Source: Macrostomum lignano (lineage: Eukaryota). Taken from it: 64,000 nucleotides of DNA. Below the pieces are notes generated by a model. It saw only the letters and a program-made list of their open reading frames with translations. It did no database searches and was not told the DNA's origin. Numbering within the stretch: position 1 is the stretch's first letter; every line of letters starts with the position of its first letter. The stretch is from the NCBI GenBank assembly GCA_002269645.1, contig NIVC01000671.1, forward strand, positions 310,001 through 374,000. The letters are read 5' to 3'. Of this stretch, positions 10,961 through 23,598 are shown piece after piece. A program made the translations under genes and the position numbers.

Positions 10961-13300
10961 AAGCAATTCGACGTAATCTACTGATCTACTACAGTATTGG
11001 TCACTTCGTCATCTTCCAATAAATTTAAAGGCACTCAATGAGCTTGGTCACTTCGTCATCCACCAACTCTTACGAAATGTCGTGACTTCTTTGGCTACCT
11101 TGAGGCTCTTCATATTGCTTGCTCTGATTCTAGAACCAGAACCATTTTGTAAAGTATAACTTTTTGTCTCCTAAACTAGAGGGATATTAGTGCTTTAAAA
11201 TTGTGATTATTGAATGGCAAAAGCCAAGAAGAAAGTAAAAAATTGTGCAAAGTGAGGCTGTTACGGCAGTCAAACATTCAACAAAGTTAAATAGTTATAC
11301 TGCTTTTTTCTTGGAAATCCGAACCGATTCTGGTTCTGGAATCGATTGCCGTGAAGAGGCTCCTTATGACAAAATTTTTGACGAAACGCCATATCATTTT
11401 AGTTCTTTATTTAGGCCTTTTAGTATTAGCTACCCAGCCTACCCTTTATGTTTTTAGCCATTTAGGTGCTTACACCATTTTTCATAATCAGAAGCTGACA
11501 AGGACTAGGCCTAGTATTTGCAACTTATCTAAAATTAAAACAATATAAAATCTTTAATTTGTTACCAAATTTTCGAAAAAAATAAGTCACAAGTTTTGCC
11601 ACCTACCCAAAAAGGCAAAAACAATGTAAAAGCTTGAAAAAATAAGAAATTGTCCAAAAGTTATCGATTTTGCAAGTTATCCTTAGCAAGTTACAATAAT
11701 AATTTTACTTAACATTTGCCAAATTTTTCTATCTGTATCAGCCATTAGTTGCAATTTTGCATTTTATTAGAGTTATACTATATATGCATTGGGAAATTAT
11801 TGTCTTAACAAAATTCTGCCAATTGCACCAATACCAATAAAGTTGACAAATTTATAATTTTCCTTAAATTGTCCTTTGACACAATTGGCATATAGGCTTC
11901 TTAGACTTAGTTAAGATATAATTATGCTAATCAACATATTACTAGGGCCTATACCAAACAGAACAAGACACAGGGTTATAGAACAGTTACAATTATACTA
12001 CAACAATGCCATACCATCTGCATGATCATCATCATAAACAAAGAAATTAATTAGGCATTTAGATAAATTTGAATATATTTGTAATATTGTAACTTCTAGT
12101 TCTCGTCAGACTTGTATTTTTGTTTTTTCTTTGCGTCATTAGTCTTGACACTGTCATTGACATTAACAATGTATTTGTCATTAACCCACAAAATAATTAA
12201 TGCAAATTTGTTAATCTGTTAGTTCAAAAAAATCTTAATGGCAGTCCATTAACGTTAATGAAAAATCTTAACACTTATTAATGCTTATTAACAGATTAAC
12301 ACTTATTAATGGACCAATGCCCAACATTGCATAGGCCTATAGTTACTGCAACTATGAGTAAATATTTGAACTTGTGCAAGTATTAAGATGTGGCAATGAC
12401 ATGGCATGGCAGACATCAATGTTATGTCTGACGTAGCAGTCTTCTTGTATGATACAGAATCCCACCGCTGAGTTACCAAAGTTGTCAAAGGTGTGATTCT
12501 TCTGCCTATTCAAAATCCCACTACTGTTACCAAAGTTGTCAAAGGGCTAACCTTCTATAAATACAATGCCACCAAAGTTGTTACAGGAGTGAGTTTCCCT
12601 CTATTAATGTACTCTTGTATTAATGTACTTATACTTATTGGTAGCGTGCCTATTTCTTTATCTATTTCTATATTGGTAGTGTCTATTTATCTTATTGGTA
12701 GCATCTGTACTGTACACATGTACTGTACTCTTTGGCCTGAGCAGTCTAATGGCACTGTCTATTCTATTTATTCCTATAAGTTCTCTCCCAGTCCTGGGCA
12801 TTCCCTGGATCACAGGGTCACAGCCTTATGCATTTTTCCTGCCCTGAGGCAATTTATACACTCTATGAGGTTACTGCCCTAAGGCAATTCTCGCTCTTTT
12901 AGCAGTTTCTGATACTCCCAATAAGGGGCTTAATACTCTGGAAAATGAGTAAGTCTTTTTCTTGAATAACTGATTATTAAATTTGCTTGAAGTCAAACAA
13001 CCATTTGAGAAGATGCCTTCTTGGCCTGCTTTAGGGCTTCTATTTATACCAATTTGTCTATATATTTAAAACAAACTTTAATTTTGTAGAATATTATTGA
13101 CGCACACAACATTTAAACAAAGTTATTATTATTTGGCAGAAATTCAAATACTGTATTTTCTAAGTAAATAGATTGTTCGCGTACATACTACACTACCTCA
13201 TGTCCATACATGCGCAACCCCCCTGATTTACACTGGCCATGCGACTTAATTTTTGACCAAAAATGCGACTTACCTGTAAAAGAAACCCTAACGCAATTTT

Positions 13301-13364
13301 GGGTAAACGGCAGGAGTAACTATGACTGTCTTATAAGGAATAAATGCCTCGTCATCTAATTAGT
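13301..13364 (+). rRNA. Isolated 64-bp 28S rRNA fragment (non-functional), region of the R2/I-PpoI site
   Basis: GGGTAAACGGCAGGAGTAACTATGACTGTCTTATAAGGAATAAATGCCTCGTCATCTAATTAGT versus the canonical eukaryotic GGGTAAACGGCGGGAGTAACTATGACTCTCTTAAGGTAGCCAAATGCCTCGTCATCTAATTAGT. The flanks are not rDNA. Confidence 0.9.
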
Positions 13365-15009
13365 ACTACGTCCGTATTCTTCAGGCTGGGAATTTTTGCG
13401 ACTTACCCCTGGTCCACCACAATTTACGGTGGCCAGATCGGCCAGGTCGGCCAGCAGTTGCGCATGTATGCTCATGTCTATGGTTACTAGTCTGAAATAG
13501 CTAAAGGCTGTCTATAGGCCTAGCAAAAACCTGCAATCACTTCCATTTTTAAAGGATTAAGATAGGAAAGACTAGGATTCTGAAAGATTTCTTGCTTTGC
13601 TTGCTTTCCTAAGCAATCTTGATTGTCAATCTTGAGCAACAACTCTTCTTGATCATGGCTAGATGCCCTGTACTACTACAGTATCCACTAGCATAATTCC
13701 AATTGTGGATGTTTGACCTGCAATGATGTTGTTGTTTCTATGGTGCCATTGCCACCTATGCAACACCTTTAACAACATACTTTTTTAGGTAGCATACTAC
13801 TACAATGTCTAGGTGCAACCAAATGTGACATAACAAACTCATTAACTATTTTTGCTATTTTAAAACTTCGTTAAATTTGATAACAAATTTTAGATTAGAT
13901 TAGTTAAATTTGAAAAATAATTAAATGTGCAAAACTAGAGTATTGCCACTAATAGTACTATTATTAAATCAAGTTGATATTAAATGCATATAAATTATAA
14001 AATATGCTATTGTGTTAAAATCAAATGATTCAAGTTTTTTTACTATTTCTTTAAATTTATAAGCATCAGAGTCACTACTAGTCTACAACCATGGCTTTTT
14101 TATTAAAGTGCTCTCTTGTGTGCCTTAAGAAGATTATTTATTCTTGCTTTTTATATCTTTGGTTATTTTCAGAAATCTTCATTTGCCCAATCATATTCTT
14201 GCCATAGCTTGCAACTTGGACATTTTATTATCATTCTTCATTGTCTAAAAGCTTTATAAGTGGCAAGTCAGCTTAAAGTATAGGGGCAATCTTTAATTCA
14301 GCCATGTTCTTTGGTTAAATTGAATTGTAGCAAGCTTTGGATGATAGTTGCAACCAAAATTGCTTAGGTATTGAACTCTCATTGGTATAGATAGTTTCAA
14401 AGTATTAGAATCAGAGTCGCAACACAGTGCCATTGACATCCTTGGTCAAAATTCAGAATTTCAAATTAAAAACTGGGATTCCCATTAGCATCAGTCAAAA
14501 AATCATAATAAAATAACATACAAATAGCTCTCATCTCTACTTACCCTATACATTGTTAAACCTCTCTGACCCACATTTTGCAGAAGTGAGAAGTCTTAAA
14601 ATTCCAAGAATCGCAGTAGTTATTTAAATTTATATTGATGTGTCATGGCATGCTATGACACAAAAACATAGTATGGCATGTGTTAAGGCAAATGCTCAAC
14701 TGTCTTGATTTTATCATGTAAAGTTGTTGTGTCTCAAACAGCTATATTGAATATATTTAATACACTTCTAGCTTAGCACTTGCAAAATAGGATTGTTGAT
14801 TGAAATTTTGAGATACTGAATTTCTGAGATTTTGGAATTGGGATTAGAATCCCATCCTACCTAAAGTTTGAAGCATTAATTATTGTTACTTACCTTGTAT
14901 TGTAGATTGTTTCACTGATATTTTTTATTTGCTGCAGAAACACATTATTAACAGTGAATTATTTAAAGAAATTCACAATCAACAGCCAATTAATTATCAA
15001 AGCAAAGCA

Positions 15010-15213
15010 ATGCCACACCGAGAAGAGCAGATCGCCCGACTTCAGCGCGAGCTCTCAGACCTGAAGCTACATTATCATCAGCAGCGGGTCAGGGCCTCCA
15101 TCACCATTCCTGAGCTGGTGCAGTACATCACCAGCCATTCCAATGAGGATGCTCTAGTCAACCCGACTAAGGATAATCCGTTTAGTCCAAAAAAGTCTTG
15201 CGAAGTTCTTTGA
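15010..15213 (+). CDS. Heterotrimeric G-protein gamma subunit (GGL domain), 67 aa, single coding exon
   Basis: MPHREEQIARLQRELSDLKLHYHQQRVRASITIPELVQYITSHSNEDALVNPTKDNPFSPKKSCEVL*: N-terminal coiled coil, R-x-x-A-S, EL-x-x-Y, D(A)L, NPF and a C-terminal CaaX box (CEVL). A strong acceptor lies at 14937. Confidence 0.9.
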   Translation: MPHREEQIARLQRELSDLKLHYHQQRVRASITIPELVQYITSHSNEDALVNPTKDNPFSPKKSCEVL

Positions 15214-15318
15214 AAACTATGGAAACTGAATCATGAATGGTTGAGGTTTCCAACTATTCAGGGTCACTAGAGTGTTGTCCTTTTTGTCCAATGTTTACTG
15301 TGTTTCCAATGTGTCCAA

Positions 15319-15997
15319 CTTCAGTTTTCAGTCACAGGGCTGTCAGGGTCATTGTCAGCTGGATATTGGATGTGTGTCAGTTTTCAGTCACAGGGCTGTC
15401 AGGGTCATTGTCAGCTGGATATTGGATGTGTGTCAGTTTTCAGTCACAGGGCTGTCAGGGTCATTGTCAGCTGGATATTGGATGTGTGTCAGTTTTCAGT
15501 CACAGGGCTGTCAGGGTCATTGTCAGCTGGATATTGGATGTGTGTCAGTTTTTGGTCACAGGGCTGTCAGGGTCATGGTCAGCTAGATATTGGATGTGTG
15601 TCAGTTTTCAGTCGCAGGGCTGTCAGGGTCATTGTCAGCTGGATATTGGATGTATGTCAGTTTTCAGTCACAGGGCTGTCAGGGTCATTGTCAGCTGGAT
15701 ATTGGATGTGTGTCAGTTTTTGGTCACAGGGCTGTCAGGGTCATGGTCAGCTAGATATTGGATGTGTGTCAGTTTTCAGTCACAGGGCTGTCAGGGTCAT
15801 TGTCAGCTGGATATTGGATGTGTGTCAGTTTTCAGTCACAGGGCTGTCAGGGTCATTGTCAGCTGGATATTGGATGTGTGTCAGTTTTCAGGCACAGGGC
15901 TGTCAGGGTCATTGTCAGCTGGATATTGGATGTGTGTCAGTTTTCAGTCACAGGGCTGTCAGGGTCATTGTCAGCTGGATATTGGATGTGTGTCAGT
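15319..15997. repeat. 56-bp minisatellite, ~12 copies
   Basis: Unit CAGTTTTCAGTCACAGGGCTGTCAGGGTCATTGTCAGCTGGATATTGGATGTGTGT. It explains the ORFs at 15237-16039. Confidence 0.95.
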
Positions 15998-16544
15998 CAT
16001 TTCCCAAGTAAACCAAGGAATTCGTTCAAATTAAATTAGATTTTTTTATTTTCCCAATCGTGCTTTTTCATTTCTGCTTCTAAAAGTTTTTTTGTCGAAT
16101 TCAATCGCAACGAATTCTCAGTGCTTTTTGGTCGTTTTCCAAATGTTTTTGCCTGCTAAGTTGTCAGCCTGTTTACCCATTTCAATATTTTATTAGTCCT
16201 TTTTATTTAGCCGGAGTATATAAGACTCCAATTCCGAAATTGCTTACAGTTACGAAGCATTCGATTTCCGTGTGCTAATCAATGTGTATTTAATGATTAA
16301 TCTGTTTCGCACTTACTAATTCCTTCTGGCTTATTTTTGCGGACTAATTAATGTGCGGCAATTGTCCACTGATTCATTTACACCATTTATATAATTTTTG
16401 TCGGCTTGTAGTTTCTTGGATAACCCGGAAAGTTTATTGGGTTTTGCTAACTGACATCGTGCAATGCATATCGAACTCAACTATAGCCAGGTATCTGAGT
16501 CTTTTCTTTATCAATGTTATCAGCTATTTAGCAATTTACATTTC

Positions 16545-16870
16545 CTACAGTTTACCAATGAAAATGACCAAATCCCAAACCGGAAGTCCTACAGTTTACC
16601 AATGAAAATGACCAAATCCCAAACCGGAAGTCCTGCAGTTTACAGATCTAAAAGACTAAATTCCAAACCGGAAGTCCTGCAGTTTACAGATCTAAAAGAC
16701 TAAATCCCAAACCGGAAGTCCTGCAGTTTACAGATCTAAAAGACTAAATTCCAAACCGGAAGTCCTGCAGTTTACAGATCTAAAAGACTAAATTCCAAAC
16801 CGGAAGTCCTGCAGTTTACAGATCTAAAAGACTAAATTCCAAACCGGAAGTCCTGCAGTTTACAGATCCA
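16545..16870. repeat. 44-bp minisatellite, 7 copies, each containing ACCGGAAGT
   Basis: CCGGAAGT at 16580, 16624, 16668, 16712, 16756, 16800 and 16844. Confidence 0.95.
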
Positions 16871-16999
16871 AATGACCGAATTCTTTATAACTTCCTAGTG
16901 GTATAGTCGATACAGATATAAGGCCGCCACACAGTGCTGATTGACGTAGCAGAGCCGGTTTAATTAAAACATTCCAGCCCAGCTTCGTAAGCCGGTGTT

Positions 17000-19900
17000 A
17001 TGCTAGATGGAGAAGCCGGTAGTGTTTTAAGCGGCGGCGCGTTGAGGCAGCGCGGCTCGAGTCGGCAAGACTCTGAGATGCAGCAGCAGCAGCAGCAGCC
17101 TTCTAAGCAGCTGCATCAGCAGCTTCATCTACAGCAGCATCATGCTTTGTCGGAGTCAACCGTTTCCATGGCGCTGCAGATGGCTCCGCCGCTGGCCGTG
17201 GCAGGCCTGGGCATGTCTCTGGCCGGCCTGGTGCTTGACGAGCTGCAGCGCTGGCCTGAATTTGTCCGCCACCCGGAGCTGCTGGTCATGGTGCCGGCTA
17301 TCATCGGATTGAAGGGCAACCTGGAGATGACCCTGGCTTCCAGGCTGTCTACTCAGGTTGGACTGCTCAGTTTCTTTTGGGGTGAATTAGGGGACTTCTT
17401 TTGGGGAATTTAGGTAAATTCTCTTGGAGGAATTAGGGAAGTTCTTTTGGGGGAATTAGAGAAGTTCTTTTGAGGGAATTAGGGAAGCTCTTTTGAGAAT
17501 TAGGGAAGCTCTTTTAAGAATTAGGGGAGCTCTTTTGAGAATTAGGGAAGTTCTTTTGAGGGAATTAGGGAAGTTCTTTTGAGGGAATTAGAGAAGTTTT
17601 TTGGAAGAAATTAGGGAACTTCTTTTGGGGAATTTAGGGAAGTTCTTTTGAGGGAATTAGAGAAGTTCTTTTTGGGAATTAGGGAAGTTCTTTTGAGGGA
17701 ATTAGGGAAGCTCTTTTTGGGAATTAGGGAAGTTCTTTTGAAGGAATTAGAGAAGTTCTTTGGAGGAAATTAGGGAAGTTCTTTTGAAGTAATTAGAGAA
17801 GTTCTTTTGAGGGAATTAGGGAAGCTCTTTTGAGAATTAGGGAAGCTCTTTTAAGAATTAGGGAAGCTCTTTTGAGAATTAGGGAAGTTCTTTTGAGGGA
17901 ATTAGGGAAGTTCTTTTGAGGGAATTAGAGAAGTTTTTTGGAAGAAATTAGGGAACTTCTTTTGGGGAATTTAGGGAAGTTCTTTTGAGGGAATTAGAGA
18001 AGTTCTTTTTGGGAATTAGGGAAGTTCTTTTGAGGGAATTAGGGAAGCTCTTTTTGGGAATTAGGGAAGTTCTTTTAAAGGAATTAGAGAAGTTCTTTTG
18101 AGGGAATTAGGGAAGCTCTTTTGAGAATTAGGGAAGCTCTTTTGAGGAAATTAGGGAAGTTCTTTTGAGGGAATTAGGGAAGCTCTTTTTGGAAATTAGG
18201 GAAGTTCTTTTGAGGGATTTAGGGAAGTGGAGTTAGAAGATTCTTATGACGGAATTGGAGAACAATTGAATTAGAATTTCCTGTCCAATCAAATGAAAAG
18301 TTTAAAAAGCTGTCAATTTGTGGCACAGCTGTTTAACAAAACTGGACAAAAAAAATCAATCTGCCAATCTGATCAACCAGGTTCATCTGGGCACGTTCAA
18401 CGAGAATTCTCGTCTCCGATCTCTAGTCTGGGGCAACCTGGTGCTCACCCAGCTGCAAGCGGTTCTTGTTGGCTTCTTAGCGGCTTTGGTGGCCATCCTG
18501 TTAAACTCTACTGGCGGAGGAAATAGCGCGCCTCATGGCTCGTCCAGCGCGCCTGAGCGAGGCCTGTTCCTGCTGGCCACCAGCACCGCGACCGCTTCCT
18601 TGGCTTCTCTGCTCCTGGGGTTGGTGGTGAGTGAGCTTTGCGCCTTGGTGTGACTAATTACATTGGATCTTAGGCTGTTTTATTTCTCACTTCATCCTAG
18701 CAATATAGACTTTTGAAATACAGTGGCGTCCTACTTATCCGAGCTTGACCCACTTCAATGACCTACTTATCCGAGCGTGACCGATTTCCATGACTTGCTT
18801 CTTCGAGCTTGACCCACTTCAATGACCTACTTATCCGAGCTTGACCTACTTCCATGATCTACTTAACCGAGCTTGACCCACTTCAATGACCTACGTATCC
18901 GAGCTTGACCCACTTCAATGATCTACTTATCCGAGCTTGACCCACTTCAATGACCTATTTATCCGAGCTTGACCTACTTCCATGATCTACTTATCCGAGC
19001 TTGACCCACTTCGAAGTGACCTACGTATCCGAGCTTGACCCACTTCTCCCTGCTTGACCCACTATTACCTACACATCTCTTCTTGACCCCCTCTATGACC
19101 TACTTATCTAAGCTTGTCCCACCCCATGACCTATTTATCCCTGCTTGACCCACCTCTATGACCTACTTATCCGAGATTGACCCACTTCAATGACCTACTT
19201 ATCCGAGCTTGACCCACTTTAAGGACCTACTTATCACAGCTTGACTAGCTTCTATGAGTCTATGACCCGCATCTCCTAGCACCGTGACCCACTCGCCGTC
19301 TCAGCGGACTGCAACGCCTCCCCAAAACCCACAGGTGAGCGCAGTAATCGTCGCCTCCGAACGCTGCCGGCTAAACCCGGACAACCTGGCCACCCCGATC
19401 GCGGCCAGCCTTGGCGACTTCGCCAGTCTCTTGGCCCTGGCTTGGCTGGCCAGGCAGCTGGACGGCTCCGGGATGTGGCCGATGTCCTGCCTGCTGGCCG
19501 GCTACGCCTGCCTGCTGCCCATTCTGGCCGCCGCGGCCGCGCGCAATCCGTTCGCCCAGGCGGCTCTCCGTCAGGGCTGGCTGCCCGTGCTGGCCGCCAT
19601 GCTGGCCAGCAGTCTGGGCGGCCTCGTCTTCCGCCGGTGCGCCAGTCGGCTGCCTCTGCTGGCCCTGTTCCAGCCCGTCATTAACGGCATCGGCGGGAAT
19701 ATTGCCGCTATACAGGTGAGCTCCGCTACTGTCACTCTGTCTGTCACCCTGACTGTCACACTTAGGAATAATTCCCCTATTCCTGTCACTCTGGCATCCT
19801 GACTGTCACTCTAGCATCCTGACTGTCACTCAGCCTGTCACTCCTACTGTCACTCTAGCATCCTGACTGTCACTCAGCCTGTCACTCCTACTGTCACTCA

Positions 19901-21422
19901 ACCTGTCATCCTGGCTGTCACTCCTACTGTCACTCAGCCTGTCATCCTGGCTGTCACTCCTACTGTCACTCAGCCTGTCATCCTGGCTGTCACTCCTACT
20001 GTCACTCAGCCTGTCATCCTGGCTGTCACTCCTACTGTCACTCAGCCTGTCATCCTGGCTGTCACTCCTACTGTCACTCAGCCTGTCATCCTGGCTGTCA
20101 CTCCTACTGTCACTCAGCCTGTCATCCTGGCTGTCACTCCTACTGTCACTCAGCCTGTCATCCTGGCTGTTATCATGGCTTCTCATTCTTACCGACCTTC
20201 GCGCTCACAGGCCAGCCGGTTGTCCACCTGCGCTCACCGACTGCCCGACGAGTCCACGGCCGACCGGCCGCCAGCCTGTCAGCAGCTGTTCTGCGGCGCA
20301 GCCGGGGGCAGCCGCGCCACCCGACTGTTGCTGGGCCTGGTGGTGCCCTGCCACCTGCTGGCCATCTGCTGCGTGCTGGCACTGGCGCCCGACGGGGCTT
20401 TCTCAATTTCAGCAGCATTTCTAGTGTGCTACCTGGCCGCCTGCCTGCTGCAGGTACGCTTTCATCTCATTGATTGTGTGTTGGTCCTTGAGGGCATTGT
20501 ACTGGTATTCTGCCTATTTCCGTTTTTGGTCAATGGGAGTTTCTGAAATTCCCCTGCTCCTTCTAAGTAAATGGGATTTCCTCTGTTTATTTTAAGTGAA
20601 TGGGATTTCTCCTGTTTATTTTAAGTGAATGGGATTTCCCCTGTTTCTTTTAAGTGAATGGGATTTCCCCTGTTTCTTTTAAGTGAATGGGATTTCCCCT
20701 GTTTCTTTTAAGTGAATGGGATTTCCCCTGTTTCTTTTAAGTGAATGGGATTTCCCCTGTTTCTTTTAAGTGAATGGGATTTCCCCTGTTTCTTTTAAGT
20801 GAATGGGATTTCCCCTGTTTCTTTTAAGTGAATGGGATTTCCCCTGTTTCTTTTAAGTGAATGGGATTTCCCCTGTTTCTTTTAAGTGAATGGGATTTCC
20901 CCTGTTTCTTTTAAGTGAATGGGATTTCCCCTGTTTCTTTTAAGTGAATGGGATTTCCCCTGTTTCTTTTAAGTGAATGAGATTTCCCATGTTCGTATTA
21001 AGTGAATGGGATTTCCCCCGATCCTGTTTTTTAATGGGATTCCCCCTGTTCTTTTTGAATGAATGGGATATCCCTATATTTCAGTATAGGGGATTACCTC
21101 TTTTTATTCCTGTTGACATGGATATGGAAATTTCCTTATTATTTATTTAATCGTCGGGATTTTCCCTACTTATTTAGATCAGGTTCGAGAAGTTTTAATA
21201 ATGGGATTGTTGGGAATTGGGAAATAAATACAATTAATTTCATACTATTGACAGGTGGCCATCCTGTTGTGGCTAGCCAACTGGGTGGTGTACTGGATCT
21301 GGTCGTTCGGACACGACCCGGACAGCGCGTCCATTCCCTATTTGACCGGCGTTGGCGACTTTCTCGGCGCTGTCCTGCTGGCGGCCGCCTTCGCCGCGTT
21401 GACTGCGTGGCAAACGCTCTAG
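17000..21422 (+). CDS. SLC41A: SLC41 family (MgtE-like) Mg2+ transporter, ~464 aa; exons 17000-17356, 18381-18626, 19335-19715, 20211-20453, 21255-21422
   Basis: Family motifs [56 protein letters not shown] and [18 protein letters not shown]. Four GT-AG introns, all phase 0, join into an open frame. The paralog number cannot be assigned. Confidence 0.95.
17376..18230. repeat. 21-23-bp minisatellite (GGGAAGTTCTTTTGAGGGAATTA) in SLC41 intron 1
   Basis: Read directly; includes an internal higher-order duplication. Confidence 0.9.
18728..19255. repeat. 32-bp minisatellite (ACTTATCCGAGCTTGACCCACTTCAATGACCT) in SLC41 intron 2
   Basis: Read directly. Confidence 0.9.
19727..20172. repeat. 36-bp minisatellite (three 12-bp CTGTCA-based subunits) in SLC41 intron 3
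   Basis: Unit CTGTCACTCCTACTGTCACTCAGCCTGTCATCCTGG. Confidence 0.9.
20568..21020. repeat. 29-bp minisatellite (TTCTTTTAAGTGAATGGGATTTCCCCTGT) in SLC41 intron 4
   Basis: Read directly. Confidence 0.95.
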
Positions 21423-21847
21423 AAACATCCATAAATCAATTTAATGATAATTAGGACCACTATTCAGTGGAAATTCTTACTGTACTACTAATTCTGTCTT
21501 AACAGTAGTATAAATGGTTTTCTATTCTTGAAGTTAAATGTTAGCTTCTTATATTTTACTTGGTGACCTTGTAATTTTACGCGAGCAAATTTAACTTTTT
21601 TAACTTTGTAAAATTTTAATTGTATATTTAAATTGTGGCGTTCCTTGCCTCTCGGTTCTGTTCTTGCCTGATATGACTGAACAGCAGCTAAACACATTCC
21701 AAACAAACATTTTGCTTCTTATTTTGTTCTCCTTGGCAACAAAACAGATCCCCCATTTATCCCGTTGCATTGTCTCGGGCCCACGGGCTGAAAACCCCAA
21801 GTTGCAATCCACATTGCAGTGCCTGAATTGCAAAAAGCCCAAATTAA

Positions 21848-21915
21848 TAGGGCCGCGCCAGGGGAATCGAACGCGGGACCTGTTAGCGTGAGGGTCGAGC
21901 GCGTTAGCAGATCCT
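21848..21915 (-). other. tRNA-derived sequence (SINE head or tRNA pseudogene)
   Basis: The minus strand reads ...AGGTCCCGCGTTCGATTCCCCTGGCGCGGCCC, with a T-arm/B-box motif. The A box and acceptor stem are poor. Confidence 0.4.
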
Positions 21916-22194
21916 CATTCCCTATGCTTTCGGGTTCATTAAATGTCCTTCATGTTAGCCAAATCTAGCTATAAGATGTCTTTCCCTGTTTGCTTCGCTT
22001 TGCTACTGGTAATTTTTGTAGGTGTCTGTGCACTGTTTTACTCTGTCAATGTCAATGCTTGAAGATGATGCTTTGCAACATTATAAATATTTATTAATTA
22101 ATAGCACTTGACAGTCCGCTGACATTCTGAAATAAGACTAAAACTAATTCTGACATCGAGTTTTCTCCTGTTTTTCATTTACATGCTTAAGAGT

Positions 22195-23598
22195 TGCCCT
22201 CCATCCCTTCAAGAATCGCCCTCAATCCCTTCAAGAATCACCTTTAATCCCTTCAAGAATTGCCCTCAATCCCTTCAAGAATTGCCCTCAATCCCTTCAA
22301 GAATCGCCCTCAATCCCTTCAAGAATCACCTTTAATCCCTTCAAGAATTGCCCTCAATCCCTTCAAGAATCGCCCTCAATCCCTTCAAGAATCGCCCTCA
22401 ATCCCTTCAAGAGTTACCCTCAATCATTTCAAGAATCGCCCTCAATCCCTTCAAGAATCACCCCAATCCCTTCAAGAATCGCCCTCAATCCCTTCAAGAA
22501 TCACCCTCAATCCCTTCAAGAATCGCCCTCAATCCCTTCAAGAATCACCTTTAATCCCTTCAAGAATTGCCCTCAATCCCTTCAAGAATCGCCCTCAATC
22601 CCTTCAAGAATCGCCCTCAATCCCTTCAAGAGTTACCCTCAATCATTTCAAGAATCGCCCTCAATCCCTTCAAGAATCACCCCAATCCCTTCAAGAATCG
22701 CCCACAATCCCTTCAAGAATCGCCCTCAATCCCTTCAAGAATCACCCCAATCCCTTCAAGAATCGCCCTCAATCCCTTCAAGAATCGCCCTCAATCCCTT
22801 CAAGAGTTACCCTCAATCATTTCAAGAATCGCCCTTAATCCTTCAAGAATCACCCCAATCCCTTCAAGAATCGCCCTCAATCCCTTCAAGAATCGCCCTC
22901 AATCCCTTCAAGAATCACCCCAATCCCTTCAAGAATCGCCCTCAATCCCTTCAAGAATCGCCCTCAATCCCTTCAAGAGTTACCCTCAATCATTTCAAGA
23001 ATCGCCCTTAATCCTTCAAGAATCACCCCAATCCCTTCAAGAATCGCCCTCAATCCCTTCAAGAATCGCCCTCAATCCCTTCAAGAATCACCCCAATCCC
23101 TTCAAGAATCGCCCTCAATCCCTTCAAGAATCGCCCTCAATCCCTTCAAGAATCGCCCTCAATCCCTTCAAGAATCGCCCTCAATCCCTTCAAGAATCAC
23201 CCCAATCCCTTCAAGAATCGCCCTCAATCCCTTCAAGAATCGCCCTCAATCCCTTCAAGAATCGCCCTCAATCCCTTCAAGAATCACCCTCCATCCCTTC
23301 AAGAATCACCCTCAATCCCTTCAAGAATCGCCCTCAATCCCTTCAAGAATCGCCCTCAATCCCTTCAAGAATCACCCTCAATCCCTTCAAGAATCGCCCT
23401 CAATCCCTTCAAGAATCGCCCTCAATCCCTTCAAGAATCACCCTCAATCCCTTCAAGAATCGCCCTCAATCCCTTCAAGAATCGCTCTCCATCCCTTCAA
23501 GAATCGCTCTCCATCCCTTCAAGAATCGCTCTCCATCCCTTCAAGAATCGCTCTCCATCCCTTCAAGAATCGCCCTCAATCCCTTAAAGAATCGCCTT
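22195..23598. repeat. 22-bp minisatellite (TCAATCCCTTCAAGAATCGCCC)
   Basis: Read directly; explains the ORFs at 22260-23643. Confidence 0.95.

Noticed and set aside
17351-21260. Short direct repeats (CAGGT/CAGGTT) across SLC41 intron ends, suggesting transposon-derived introns
   Set aside because: They match the ordinary MAG|GT splice-site preference. There are no TIRs or shared sequence between the introns.
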